Shown: positions 26,387-40,902 of the stretch, in pieces
How the letters are laid out: each line of letters starts with the position of its first letter
Position numbering within the stretch: the first letter of the stretch is position 1
Origin: Camelus dromedarius
Lineage: Eukaryota
Length of the DNA: 64,000 bases
Assembly: GCF_036321535.1 (NCBI RefSeq)
Contig: NC_087436.1
Location: 82,338,001-82,402,000, forward strand
Direction: 5' to 3'
The notes under the pieces: model-generated
The model's input: only the letters and a program-made list of their open reading frames with translations
Told to the model about the DNA's origin: nothing
Database searches by the model: none
Made by a program: the position numbers and the translations under genes

Positions 26387-26680
26387 TGCCACATTGTAAC
26401 TGTGCTTCTTCAGAATTTCTGTGGGCTGATGCCCATGGTCACCAAGTGAATCATTGCTAATATTCTGAGGTGTGGGGGGAAATCCAGGGATTTAATCTCT
26501 TTGACAGGTGGCCCTAGGATACTCTTTCTGTCACATCACTCTCTGCTGCCATTGTTGGAACATTTCTTTACATGAATTAATTTTTAATTGCTTTTCTCCC
26601 CCACCTAATAATATATGCTAAATCACTTGCCAAGTCAAAAATATTTATATTTAACAACATTTAAAAATGATTGCAGAGTT

Positions 26681-26812
26681 GGGGGCGGGTATGGCTCAGT
26701 GATAGAGTGCTCCCTTAGCATGCACGAGGTCCCGAGTTCAATCCCCAGTACCTCCATTACAATAATTAGATAAACATAACTACCTTCCCCACCAAGTCAA
26801 AATAAAACAAAA
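26681..26812 (+). mobile_element. tRNA-derived SINE (Vic-1-like, camelid type)
   Basis: A box tggctcagtga, B box gagttcaatcc, A-rich tail; TSD aaatgattgcaga 26665-26677 / 26822-26834. Confidence 0.88.
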
Positions 26813-29264
26813 ATTTTTTTTAAATGATTGCAGACTGTTTCACTGTGTTGACTTACTACTACTGTTCCTTTAATCAAGCTTTCATTTTTAGCTATTTTGA
26901 GTTTTTCTGCTTTCAAAAAAAAATTAATAGGTTGTATAACTTGTAGCTAAATCATCAAGATATTTCCCGCAAAGTGGAACTGCTACATCAGAGGGCACAT
27001 AAATTCAAAAGATTTCTGACATCTTACCTAAGTGGCTCCTACCAGCGATGTACGAGATTATTTATTTCCTGACAACTTTATCACCTCTGTTTTCTTTTCG
27101 AAGCCCTTACCAATAATTTCATTTCTCTGATTAATAATAAGGATGAACTCATTGGTCATTCTGTTCTCTTTTTTATGATCTGCCTTGTTTCTGTTCATAA
27201 GGACAGTTGTAGGAAGACACCGCAGTTGTAATAGTAGCCGGAGGTTATGATCTCATTGCTTTTTGTCACTCGGTTGGTTATTCTTCCTCCAAGAACAATT
27301 TATGCCTACACCATAGCCAGCCTATAGAAGATAATCAGTATTTTCCACCTCTTTTTTTATTGTTTAATTTATTTAAAAAAATTTTAAAGTGCTTATTTCA
27401 AGCTAAATGAATCTTTTAGAAGCACTCCACAATGCATTCTTTGTTATTGTTTAGATGTTGCATAAATTACCCAAAACACAGGCAAGCCAACAACTTACCA
27501 CAATCACATTCAGCTCTTGGAAGGATCACTAGATTTGGAGTGGAATGAGTTCTGGGTCCATATTGTGGATGTTGAGAGATTTTTAAGTATTTGATCTGCT
27601 AAATGAAGAAAATGTAAAAATATTCTTGCATCATCCTTTGAGATGAATTGGGTAAGCAATACCTTTGGAGGGGGGAAAGGATGGTTTTTATAATTTAATT
27701 ATCATGATCTCTAACTATAGCAAATCAAGTATTAAAAATTATGCTCTATACTTCATATTGTATATTTAAATATGATTTCCTTAATGGAATATAGAGATGT
27801 GTGATAAAATACAGAGTCTCTCTCTTCAGACTTTTCAAACCCTACCAACTCCTCATGTAACCCCAGGGGAAAGCCAGACCCATTCAATGACTTGATACCA
27901 GAATTAGGCCCAAATTTGTCTTTGGGATAGGCACAGTGGGAGGAAGCTAAGGCACCATAGTAGTAGCTGTGAAACACTTGGACCCCCTCTGCTGGACTAT
28001 CCTGGTTAAGGAGCAGTAGTGAAGGAAATATTCTCCCTCCAAGGTGGAAGAAATGGAAAAGAAGGGGGAAAAAATGGCTCTCTCTAAAAGTTAGCTTTGA
28101 CACTATGTTAAAGGGAAAGTTTAAAACAACACTAGTCTTTCTTCTAGGGTTTCATGGAAAAGTCGTTACTCTTCCTTCTACTTTAGGAATATTTGCCTTA
28201 TAGTATGAAAAGCATGAACTTGATTCGTTAATTGACATCTTATGGGAGCAGTCTGAGGGAAGAGCATAACATCGTTTTAGACCATTGATGACTGAAAATA
28301 TATTTATAGAGTAGACGTATTCATTATGTGACTTTTGGAAAATCATTTGACTTCTCTGTACTCTCTCTCTCAAATTTTAAAGTGAAGATGACAGTAACAG
28401 TGCCAAACTCTGACAATGGGAGGGTAAGTGAGAAGGTGACAGATGTGAAACTAACTTCCAAAGTGCCACATATCCTGGTGGTTGAAATCCCAGAACTGAC
28501 TGGTAGCTATGTTCCCGGATAAACAGCGTGGGTCCCAGGTTCTGTGTCAGGCCCTGGTGACACAGTGATGAGTAAAGCATGCCTGTCACCCTTCCAGAAC
28601 TCACTGTTTAACAGCCTACAGGGGAAGATGCTACAATAACACAAACAATAACAATAGAACACAGCAAATCCTGTAAAAGAACGTATTGGAAGGTTATGGA
28701 GACACATAATTTTCCAGACAGTCAGGGAAGACTTCGAAGAAAAGTTGTCTTTGAGTTGGGATTAGAATGATGAGATACTTGCCAATATATATTTCTTACT
28801 TAAAATTTGTGTTTACTTAGCTGTTCTCAGTAGGAACTTTCTTCCAAAATTGTTTTTAAAAAACGTAAGGAGGAGAACAGAAAGTTAGCCTAGTTCTAGT
28901 TTGTTTTATTGGAAGGCTTAACAAACGACATACTGATGCAAGCATTGGTTAAATAAATCACAGGACTGAGATAGTTATATCAGCATGGGAATAAGGAAAA
29001 TACTGGCTGATGTACAGGGAGACATTAATGTAGTGATAGATTATAAGTTATATGTTTATCATTTATATCCTACTTCTGATAGGCTTGATAGCTTTTAGTT
29101 GGTATATTAAAGATAATAACACAAATTTAACATTAGTAATGATAATGAGTTCTGTTTTTGCTCTCCCTTCAGGAAAAAAAAAAACTGTATCCTGTAGTTT
29201 TTAGGTCCTTGGAGGCTAAGCATTATATCTTATATTTCATGCATTTAGCCTTTAGTAATTTCTT

Positions 29265-29516
29265 TTTTTTATAGCTGTTTATTTTTCAACTTTTTTTTAT
29301 TGATTTATAATAATTTTACAATGTTGTATCAAATTCCAGTGTAGAGCACAATTTTTCAGTTACACATGAACATATATATATTCAATGTCACATTTTTTTT
29401 CTCTGTGAGCTACCATAAGATCTTGTATATATTTCCCTGTGCTATACAGTATAGTCTTGTTTATCTATTCTACAATTTTGAAATCCAGTCTATTCCTTCC
29501 CACCCTCCACCCCCAA
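29265..29516 (-). mobile_element. Young L1 3' end
   Basis: Reverse complement resembles the L1 tail at 42750-42987; T-tract on the left; TSD taatttctt 29256-29264 / 29517-29525. Confidence 0.85.
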
Positions 29517-29544
29517 TAATTTCTTAATAAGCATGTTTTTAGAG

Positions 29545-32150
29545 CAGGAAAAATATTATATCTGTGCCTACATTAGGTAAGAAGAAAGGTCTTAAATCAA
29601 TAACCTAATTATATGCCTTAGGGAACTAGAAAATGAAGAGAAAATTAAACTGAAAGCAAGCAAAGGGAAGGAAATAATAACTGACTGGAATTATATGAAA
29701 TAGAGAATATAAAAACAAAACAGAAAATCAAAGAAACCTACATTTGTTTTTTTGAAAAAGATCAACAAAATGACAAAGCTTTAGTAAGACTGACCAAAAA
29801 CAAAAGAAGGAAAACTCAAATTACTAAAATCAGAAAAGAAAGTATAGCCATTACTACCAACCATACAGAAATTAAAAAAACATTATAAGGGAATATTATG
29901 AAACTTATACTCCAATTATAGGTCTAGATAACTTATGTGAAATGGACAGATTCCTAGATTTGTCCCAACTTCCCAACTCATTCTATGAAGCTAGTATTAC
30001 TCTGCTACCAAAAAGACATCATAATAAAAGAAAACTATAGGCCAATTTCCTTTATGAATATAGTTGCAAAGATCCTCACCAAATACTAGTGAATTGAAGC
30101 CAGTATTATATTTTAAAAAAATTGTACACCATGACCAAGTGGGATTTTTGTCTCAGGAATGTAAGGATAATTCAACATATAAAAATCAATTAATTTTATA
30201 TACCATATTAAAGAACAAAGGGGAAAAATTACCTCAATAGATGCAGAAAAAGTACTTGAAAAAGCTAATCGCCGTTTCATAATAAAAACACACACCCAAC
30301 TAGATATAGAAGAGAATTTCCTCATCCTGACAAAGAGTGTCTATGAAAAACCACTTAACAGTGAGAGACTAAAAGATTTCCCCTAATACCAGGAACAAGG
30401 ATGTTCCCTCTTGCCACCTCTATTCAGCATTCTACTGGAGGTTTATCCAGGGCAATTAGCCAAGAAAGAGAAATGAAAGGCATCCAAACTGGAAAGGAAG
30501 AAGTAAAAATTGGTCCATTTACAGATAACATAATTTTGTATATGGAAAAACCTAAGGAGTACACATACACACAAAGTATTAGAGCTAATAGATGATTTCA
30601 GCAAGTTTCCAAGATACAAATCAATACACAAAAATCAGTTGTATTTCTATACACTAGAATGAACAATCCAAAAACAAAATTAAGAAAATAATTTCATTTA
30701 AAATAGCTTCAAAGAAGATACAAAACTTGTACACTAAAAGCTATAAAACACGTGGAAAGAAATGAAAGAGGACCTAAATAAATGGAAAAATGTCTCATGT
30801 AGAAATTGACAAGCTGATTCTAAAGTTCATATGGAAATGCAAGGCACACAGAATAGCTAAAATCATCTTCAAAAAAAAGAACAAAGTTGGAGGATTCACA
30901 TTTCCCAATTTTAAAATTTACCGTAAAACTATAATAATAATAGTAATCAAGACAGTGTGGTACTGGCAGAGGATAAACACAGTGGATATTCACATGCAAA
31001 AGAATGAATTTGGGTGCCTATCTCGTACCATACACAAAAATTAACTCAAAATAGATCAAAGATCTAAATGTAAAAATAAAAACTATAAAACTCTTAGAAA
31101 ATCTAGGCATAAATCTTTGTGGCTTTGGATTAGGCAATGGTTTTTAGCTACAAAAACAAAAGCCCAAGTAATAAAAGACAGAGTTATAAAAACTGGGCTT
31201 CCCCAACAATAAACATTTTTGTACTTCAAAGGATACCATCAAGAAAGTGAAAAGACAACTCACAGGATGGGAGAAAACATTTCTAAATAATATGTTTGAT
31301 TAGGAACTTGTATCAAAAATGTATAAAGAATATTTACATCCCTACAATAAAAAGACAACCCAATTTTAAAATGGGCAAAGGACTTGAATAAACATTTCTC
31401 CAAAGAATATATACAAATGGCCAAAAAGCATATGAAAAAATGCCTAACACCATTAGTCATTAGCAAAATTGCTAATCAAACTCACAATGAGATACCACTT
31501 CATACATACAGTGATGGTTGTAATAAAAATGATAAACAATAACAAGTGTTGACATGGATGTAGAGAATGGGAAACTTCATACATTGCTAATGGGAATACA
31601 AAATGGTGCAACCACCTTTAAAAACAGTTTGGCAATTCCTCAAAAAAGTTAAAAGTTGACTTATCACATGACACAGCTATTCCACTCCAGGTTATTTACC
31701 CAAGAGAATTGAAACCTTATGTCCATACAAAAACTTTTATATAAATACTCATAGCAGCATTATTTGTAATAGCCCCAAACTGGAAACAACTAGAATGTCC
31801 ATCAACTGTGAATAAACACAATGTGGTATGTCCATACAAGAAATATTATTTAGTCATAAAAAGAAATTAAGTACTGATAAAGGCAACAAAATGGATAAAT
31901 CTTGGGAATAGTATGGTAAATGAAAGAAATCAGATGCAAAAGGCCACATTTCCTATGATTCCATTTAAATGCAGTGGCCAGAACAGCAAATCTATAGAGC
32001 TCAAAAATAGATTAGTGGTTGTCAGGGAGTGGAGAATGACTGGGAATTATATAGTGGTGATGGTTGCACAATTATGTGAAAATACTCAAAACCACCAGAT
32101 TATGTACTTAGAAAAAGAATCATAGCCTTAACAATATTTTAAAACTTTGG
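29545..32150 (+). mobile_element. Old L1 ORF2 and 3'UTR with multiple internal deletions
   Basis: RT-region remnants (ctcaatagatgcagaaaaag; IDKLILKFIWKCK...KTVWYW), many stops and frameshifts. Confidence 0.88.
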
Positions 32151-34479
32151 AGGTAGCTAAAAATACCTAATACTTTATAACAGCAACTATTGTTAACGTT
32201 CAAAATCCATTGCTGATGTTAAATCATTTAGTCCTTATTATAAGCCTATGACATAGTCCTATTACTATCTCCACTTTTTCGAGGAGGAATCCTGAATTCA
32301 GAGACGTCAAAGAACTTGCCTAAGGTTATACAATTAAGAAGGGGACAGAGCTAAGATTCAAACCCAAGCAGTCTGACGTGGAAGTCCCTTCAACCTGTAC
32401 TTGTGGTTATTTGGCTTGTCATTGTGACTATGCAACAAAGTTCCAAAGGAACTGGTAAACAGGAAATAATTTTATAAAAAATAATTTATGGTGACAAAAA
32501 TTATTGTGCCTTCTAGAGGATATTGGAAAATTTAATTTTTTTGAACAGGAGAATAAAACAAATTTTTATATTAATTATCCTGGGTTAAGAAAGGCCCTTT
32601 CTTGGCACTTACACTTCAGAGATCACTGGCAGCATGCAAATTCAAAAACCTCTGTATTAATTCTCATTGAAGTGTGTGTGTTTTTTTAAATCCTTGAGTT
32701 CTGTTTGCAGCACTCAGTAGAATTAGAAATATTCACTCCATTTTAAAGTGGAAGCTGGAAAAAACAGGATGGGGCATTTGGCTCTGATAGTTAACAAGGG
32801 CTGAGTTTCTTTTAATGCTGCCAACTCAAGCAGACTCAGTGAGGCTTGTGCTGCAAGCTGCTGTTAACAGTGGGTTTCAGTTCATCCTGGCGAGTCTGGC
32901 TAAGGTCCACTTTGTCTCTGCACAGAGGGGAGCACTTCAGAGCAAGTGAGGGCTCATTTTCTGCCATGCCAAGATTAATCTGCTGTATGTTCATTATTAA
33001 GAATCCCGAAAAGAAGGTTGTCTTTTGTCCCAAAGATAGCTGTTTGGTTGAAAACGTCTACACCCAGTGTAGTCATTGATTATCTTGAAAACAGGAAAAT
33101 CCTCATGTGAAGTCATTAACTGAAGGACATAGGCTTAGGGGCAGTGCCTAAGTGCTGGAGACAGCAATGACTGACTGTTTCCACTCTTGCCCACTATAAC
33201 CCACTGTCCACACAGTAGCAGGAATGAGAATGAGCCTAGAAAAAACTAAGATCACAATATTTTACTTTCCTAATGGCTTTCCAATGCAATTAAAGCCCAA
33301 CGTTCTTCCAATGGCCTATAAAACCTTATAAAATCTAGCCTTGGTTGCATATCTGAGTCCATCTCCTACTTCTAGTTTCTTCAACAACAAACTGCAAAGA
33401 AAGAACTAGGGGACAACTACAAATTTGAAGAAACTTAAGAGACCTGTAAAGCACATGCAATGCGTGAATTCTGGTTGGATTCTGAACTGAACAAAACAAC
33501 TATAAAAAATTAGGAGGCAATTGGAGTAACCTGAACGCAGATTGGATATTTGTATTAAGAATTGATAGTTTTTCAGATGTAATAATGGTATTGCAATTAT
33601 GCTTTTTTTGAAAGATCTCTTATCTTTTAGCAATACATACTAAGATCCAAGTGAAATCGTATGATACCTGGGATTTTCTTTAAAATAACCTAATGAGTTG
33701 AGGAAGAGTGTGGAAGTATAAATAAAACAAGACTGACTCTGAGGAGATAGTTGCTGACATGGGATTTTTATTCTCTTCTCTCTGCTTTCCCTTAGGCCCT
33801 TGACTCTTCTGCCCGCTTGCCATTTCTATTAGTTACTTCTGAACCCAGGACACTATCATTGTTCTCTTTATTGATTCTGAAACTGTAAAAAACCCCATCG
33901 ACTGGGACTACTGCATATTTCCACCTGATCGCTTTCACGTTCTCTTAAGTTACTCCCATCTCTTCCATTTTGGTTCTCCAACATTTACCCTTATTCTCAG
34001 GCCCCCAGATCCTGTGACTCCTCTACTCCAACAGAAGATGTGGTCTGCTACTTCACCTTTGACAGCCTAGGTCTTCCTGCGTGAAATCTCCTGCTTCTTC
34101 TTTGCCTGCTAAAAACCTCTCTTTCACCATATTTTCTTGAAATTTACCATATTTACTTCTTGGATAAATTTTACTCTGGATCTCTTTTATTTGGTTGATC
34201 TTCAACTGTATGTATTATTCATCCATTTCAAACAAAATTCAGATAAGATCCAAACCCAGAATTCAAGGCTAAGAAGTGCATGTTACAAAAGCTTTGCTAT
34301 GTATACATGCATGTATCAAAGACCATAAAACCTTGTCTTTTCATAGCAGACATGGAGATAGTCACAGAACTGTTCCAAAAGAAGAAAACACTTGAATAAT
34401 TCCATCTGGAGAAACTCAATAAGGGGAAAAAATCAGTTTGCACAATGAGGAAGGATCCTACCAAGTGCTAACGAAAGAT

Positions 34480-34830
34480 CTTATCACATGATCACCGAGG
34501 GAAAGTGCTGGAGCTGGAGAGAAATGCACCTATAAAGGTCCAGTGGTGTGAAGAAACTTGGTGAGTGGAGAAAGAGAAAGAAGGCAAGTTTGGCTGGAAG
34601 GTGGCAGCAGAGTGGGAGAGAAGTCGTAGAGGGTTAGATATGTAGCCAGGGGCCAAATCCTGTCTCGCTTTATAGGCCATTGAAAGGATTTTGTGTTTTA
34701 AGGGCGATGGAAACAATTAGGAAAGCAAAACATTATGATCTGATTTTTTCCCCTAGCCTTATTCTCATGTTCATTACCATGCAGACAATGGATTGTAGTG
34801 AGGCAAGAATGGAAACAGGCCATCTTCCTG
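34480..34830 (-). mobile_element. L2 LINE fragment
   Basis: ggccattgaaaggattttg...ggaaacaattagg; typical L2 reverse-strand sequence. Confidence 0.6.
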
Positions 34831-34971
34831 CTGCCTCCAGTGCTTAGGCACTGCCTTACTCCTGTGCCCCTTAGTTCTGACTTCACATGGTAATTTTCCT
34901 GTTCTCAAGAAAAACTTGAGTCATGTAGAAGAAGATTATAACATAAGGGAGTTAAGAATGCTTAAGCATAT

Positions 34972-35064
34972 ATATAAAATAGATAAACAACAAGGTCCTA
35001 CTGTATAGCACAGGGAACTATATTCAGTATCTTATAATAACCTATAATTAAATAGAATATGAAA

Positions 35065-35116
<52 letters not shown>

Positions 35117-35251
35117 CTGAATCACTATGCTGTACACCAGAAACTAACACATTGTAAACTAACTATACTTCAAGTAAAAAATAAATATAGTGAAGTTTTC
35201 TCTGATTTTTAGAAACATGAGAAAAATACAACATAGTTCACACACAAAAAT
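34972..35251 (+). mobile_element. L1 3' end with an internal (TA)n and extra 3' sequence
   Basis: agataaacaacaaggtcctactgtatagcacagggaac...actatacttcaa; TSD agaatgcttaa(g/c)catat 34955-34971 / 35252-35268. Confidence 0.85.
35068..35116. repeat. (TA)n microsatellite, ~24 units
   Basis: Uninterrupted TA run. Confidence 0.98.
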
Positions 35252-38200
35252 AGAATGCTTAACCATATCTAACTGGAGTGGAAGAAAACCCAGAAGAGGC
35301 AAGAAAAGGTAAAATTAAAAGCAAATATTATGTCTCTTCCCATTAGTCCTTAATTTGGCTGGATCTCCTTTAATTAAGCTAGTTTCTTGTATAAGTCTTT
35401 TGAACAGCCCCATGTATTATAATTCTGAAGAGTTTCCTTGGCCCATTGGTGGTTGTAATAAAGTTCCATTCCCTACATTTTTAGATTCAAGCTCCCAATT
35501 GTACTTAGTATTATTAAGACGTTGCATTTGTTTTCTTTTCTGGATCATAACCCAGTTTGTTGAAAAGCTAGCAAGATCTTTGATAAAATGATATAGGGGT
35601 TGTGAAAAAGAATTGAAATTCTTACATTAAAACAGTATAGTTATGGTTCATAGGGCAAGAGAAAATCAAGGTTCTACAACTAGTGAAAAGTCAGAAGGTT
35701 TTAAAGATTGCTACTATGAGAACTTCTTTAATTTAAAATAACATTTCAGTTAATATTAACAAATATTCACAGCATTCTATAGGAGACAATTGTAGAAATG
35801 AATATTTGATAAATACATAAGTAGATTATAAATTAATTTTGACAATGGTTTATGCTTGTCATTATGAATTAATGAACAATAAACATATGATAAAATAATA
35901 ATTAGAGAACTGCAAATATTTTGCAAGAGCATTTTGTTTAAAAACCAGTCATACTGATGAAGATTTAAATGAAATGGTAATGCCTATTATTCATAAAGGT
36001 GTAGGAGAAAAGACATGCACTTTCAAACAGTGCTGATGAGAGTGTAAGCTGGAACAATCTTTTGGGAAGCACTTTAGCATTCCCTATCAAGTATTTAATG
36101 TGCCTATCCTTGATCCAACAATTCTACTTCTAGGACTTGATCCTATAGAAGTACTTCTGTAGATACGCAAAGACACATTAAAAAATAAAGATGTTTATTG
36201 CAGTATTGTTTGTAATAGTAGAAAAAACTGGAATCAGATTAAGTAACTTTCAAGACAAAGTTGGTTAAATAAGTAATGGAAAACAAGTATGATAGAATAC
36301 TATGCGAGGACTAAAACAAATGAAGCAGATCCACACATAGTGACACGGAATTATGCCCACAATCTACTTTTGAACTGAAAAGGCAGTATCAGAATATGAC
36401 CTTATGTTTGTAAAAAAGATAATGAGTGAGTATATATTTGGATTTGCAGAGACAGCGGCACTTGCCAGTGAGGCCTACCCTGGGATCCCTTTGTAAAATC
36501 ACAGCCACCGTCTTGCATTCCTTACCCTCCTTGACCTGCTCTACTTGTTTTTTCCAAAGCAATTAGCACCTTCTAATACACCATATAATTTAAATATTTA
36601 TCATTTGTTGCCTTTCTCCCTCTAGAACGTAAAATTGAGAACAAAGATACGAGAACAAAGGTATTAGTCTATTTTTTTCGTGGATTGTCCAAGAGTCTAG
36701 GTAAGACATAGCTCGGCACTCAGCAGGCACTCAATAAGTATTTGTCGAATAATGTTAATGAATGGAAGGATTCCAGGGGAGTAGGATTAATCGGAGAGGG
36801 GAGTGTGCTTAATGCTTTATAAATGTTTTTATTGCTAGAATTTCTTATGATTATGTTTTATCTTTGGTACTTTAAATGATGTACATAACAGAATTACAAA
36901 AGTATGGTATCATTGGTCCTTTGAGTTTTTTGAACCCTAGTTTTCACTTCCTAGGAAAATGAAGGATGTGTTCATTATGAGTCGCAGCCACCATTAAGAA
37001 CCTTGCCTGAGGCTAAACATGACTAACTACAAAACCCATGCTGTGTAGAGGAAAAACTAGTTAAATTCTAGACGGCTTTATCCTGTAGACATATCCGTTG
37101 ATTCACATCTTTCTCCTTTGTTTGACCTTGTTTGAGTGCAAGGGTGAATCTTAATTTTAGATTCCTCTGGGCATAGCTCAAATCTCATCCCTTTCTTAAA
37201 ATTTTCCTGCCTATCCATAAGTAATCTTTCATTCTTTACACATGTACCCTGAACAGTGAGCACAAATTTTCCTGAATATTCCAGATTTCAAAATCTTGGA
37301 CCATTTTTCTTCTCATAAACTTCTCAAAATATCCTGGCAGTTTCAGAATTTCAGTATCCAAGCTACATCTCCTAAATACCTCTGTAGCTCTGAGAGAGAC
37401 ACAAGCATACTTTATAAGTTTTAAAAACAGGAGGCAGCATGACACTTTGGAAAGAACGTAATCTCTGAAGTAAGACATCTGGACTCCTCAACTCTGTCTT
37501 TTAACGGCATCACCTTGAGTAACCTCTCTGAGTATCTGTTTTCTTTTCTGTAAACCTAGGGATTGTAAAACCTAATCTGAAGCAAAGTTGTGAAAATTTG
37601 ATGAAATCATGTGTATAAATCACCTATTTCAGTGTCTAGCACATAGAAGATGCTTAGTAAATGGCAGCTTTTACTATTTATCAAGAAACAGTAATATGTA
37701 TAGCACTTTACTCCAGCTAGGAGTCACTCAGTTCTTATTTCTCTGTACTGTTAACTTTTCCTATCCATGCATTTTTTTTTCCCCTTGAGGACCAGAATGT
37801 AAGCTGCTCATGGAAGCTTTAATTTTTTTATATTATTCATTGTGCCTCGAACAGTGATGGGCATACTAAATGATCAGCAATTAAATAAAGCAAAACAAGA
37901 TGTTTAGCCTCTGAGTCTGGGCATCAAGAACTAATATTGAATGATTTAATATTAACAGTGTCTGTGGGACATCAACAAGTATATAGTTTTTTAACCAGAG
38001 TAATTATTAAACACCTGTTTATCCAGTGTCCATTATGTACCAAGCCCTGTTCTAGGTACAAGAGAGGAGTGAAAGCTGGAAAGAAGAAAAATTCCAAATA
38101 CTGGTTAACACTATGAGATAAATTGTATCTATTTTTTTCTATTATTTTTGTTAGTGTAAATAGTTGCACTTTCATCCATTTGCTGCAGTTCTGTCATGTT

Positions 38201-39375
38201 TGGAATGAAGACCAATTTACTTGACATTGTATGTGCTTGGCATTAAAAACAGGGTAAGAATTCTATTTTCAAAAGGGGCATAGTTAACTGTTATACTTTC
38301 TGCCAAAGCAATTTCCCCTCCCTTCCTCTAACCTCCCAAGGAGACAATTGGTTACATTCTCAGCGGATGCTGGCTCAGAGAGTGGGCAACAAGCCCCGCG
38401 TGGGCAGCCGGCTTGCTTAATTTTAAGCAGGATCTTTGTGCTTTTTATTATATTAATTAGTGTATTGGCAAGGTCGAATGGGATTTTTAAACCAGCAGGG
38501 GTTTTGCTGATCCCTTAATTTGCAGTTTGTGATGGCTCTTTTGTTTTTATTTTTGTTTAACGCTTCCACTCATTAAACACTTCAATCTAGTAACTCCCTG
38601 TAATGCTAGAGTCTGGGGGATGATGTATAAAGCCGGATGGTGGCTGTAGTGAGGGGGCAAAGTGCACTTTCTCTTTGGTACTGGTCTGAGAGTGGGTGGC
38701 TGCTCTGATTTTAGGCACCTAAGCACTTACCTACAGGAATGAGGTCTGAGAGAGACAGCGCCACATTGCATGTGCTTTACAGTGATGTGTAGAAAATTCT
38801 TCAACCTTTTATTCAGGTTTTAGGTTATGCAAGTAAAACTCACTGGATTTAGACATCCAGGGCTAGTGAAGAGAACACTGGGGGAAATGGATCAGGAAGG
38901 AATATATTTGTGGATTTGTGTAATTGTATGTTGAGGCAGAGTTTCCTGTTGCCCTTGAATTAACTACTTACCTTCTCGCCACTGTTTAAGGGCAAAGGTG
39001 CTCCATATGTTTCTTCCTCTAATTCTATCAGACCCACCTCAGTTTAATGCTTCACTCTCAGATTCTGTATGAATCTCATTTCTTCGGCACCCCCAGTGCA
39101 GGCTCGATCCATGGCTTTGAGGGGGAAATGACACAGTCAGCTGTTGCACCTCTCTGTTCAGCACCTGTAACATGGGGGAAATTGTTTATTACTTAAAAAA
39201 TTTGTTCTTGAAAATTCTAACTTTTTAAAAATAGAGGGCCTTGCTGTGGGGCAGAAATGCCGAGGAGTTGTTGCTGAGGAAAATTTGAGACTTAAGAAGT
39301 GACGAAGTAGTGAATAGATGCTTTATGGTTAATTTGATAGTATAATGAAACATCCCATTTTTAAAACAGATTTCT

Positions 39376-39420
39376 TTTTTTAAAACATTTTTTATTGATT
39401 TATAATCATTTTACAATGAG
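39376..39420 (-). mobile_element. ~45-bp L1 3' terminus
   Basis: ttttttattgatttataatcattttacaatg is nearly identical to 29293-29323; TSD aacagatttct 39365-39375 / 39421-39431. Confidence 0.85.
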
Positions 39421-40268
39421 AACAGATTTCTAATATATTTTCTTAAATATATGTTGTTAAATTGCCAATTGGAATAGGTAAAGTTTATGTAAAAAGAGCA
39501 TAACCAAATGAGTTCTTCTAAAATGAATGGCATTTTTACTTTTCAAAACTTACTCTTCTTTTTTAGGGATCCATTTGTAACTAACTGCTGAGGAGGTGAT
39601 AAAATGAAACGGCAATTCTATTCTCCTCTCCCCACCATGAGACTATGGGAGTTGCATGGGAACCACTGGGACCCTAAAATAGATAAATAAATAGAGTCTT
39701 CAGAAAAAGAAAGATATGTATACAAAATAGGTAAACAACAAGGTCCTACTGTGCAGCATAATGAACTGTATTCAACACCTTGTAATAACCTACAATGAAA
39801 AAGATTTTGAAAAGGAATTTATATATGTATTAGCACATTGCCTGGCATATAGTAATACTAGAAGCAGGTAACTATAATTATTTCTTCAAAGGCTGTCACT
39901 TTATAAAAATAGGCCTCTGTCTTTTCAAGAAAGAAAGATACATCTCTTCCTTATATACAATGTGATTTCACTGAAAGTTCATAGACCATTAAACTGAATG
40001 AAAATCATAGGTTAGGAATCAGATCCAAGTTCCTATAAATGAGTAAAGAGGATAATGCTTTCCAAACTAAACTGCTGGGTGGAAAAAATTTACTGCATGT
40101 CATAGTATAGTGAAAAAAAGAACATAGTCTACCTGGGTTCAAATTTCAGCTTCACTACACTAGTAATGTGATATTGGGCAAGTTTCTTAACCTCTCTGTG
40201 CCTCAGTTTCTTCCATAATGAAGTAAATAAAAATACCTCAAAGTTGTTGAGATGATTCCCAGAGTGAA

Positions 40269-40902
40269 CCCTCCTCCACTGTTGGTGGGAATGTAATTTG
40301 GTCTAGCCATTATGGAAAACAGCATGGAAAAAACTAAAAATAGACTTACAGATGATCCAGCAATACCACTCCTGGGCATATATCCAGAGAAAACTCCAGT
40401 TCAAAAAGATATTGCACCCCAATGTTCACAGCAGCACTATTTGCAATAGCCAAGACATGGAAGCAACCTAAATGTCCATCAACAGATGACTGGACAAAAA
40501 GTTGTGGTATGTGTGTATATATATACACACATACACTCAGCCATAAAGAGGAATGAAATAATGCCATTTGAAGTAACATGGATAGACCTGGAGATTATTA
40601 TACTAAGTGAAGTAAATTAGACAGAGAAAGACAAATATCATATGATATCACTTATATGTGGAATTTAAAAAAGAGGACACAAATGAACTTATTCATAAAA
40701 CAGAAACAGACTCATAAACATAGAAAATAAACTTTTGGTTACCAAAGGGGAAAGGAGTAGGGGAGGGATAAATTAGGAATTTGGGATTAGCAGCTACAAA
40801 CTACTGTATACAGAATAGATAAACAACAAGGTCCTACTGTATAGCACAGGGAACTATATTCAATAGCTTATAATAACCTATAATGAAAAAGAACATGAAA
40901 AA
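40269..40902 (+). mobile_element. L1 fragment truncated at both ends, inserted into a MIR
   Basis: Perfect 20-bp TSD gagatgattcccagagtgaa 40249-40268 / 40903-40922; MIR halves on both sides. Confidence 0.9.

Noticed and set aside
26681..26755. tRNA-Ala-like sequence (also 58893-58965)
   Set aside because: A-rich tail, TSDs and divergence indicate a SINE rather than a tRNA gene
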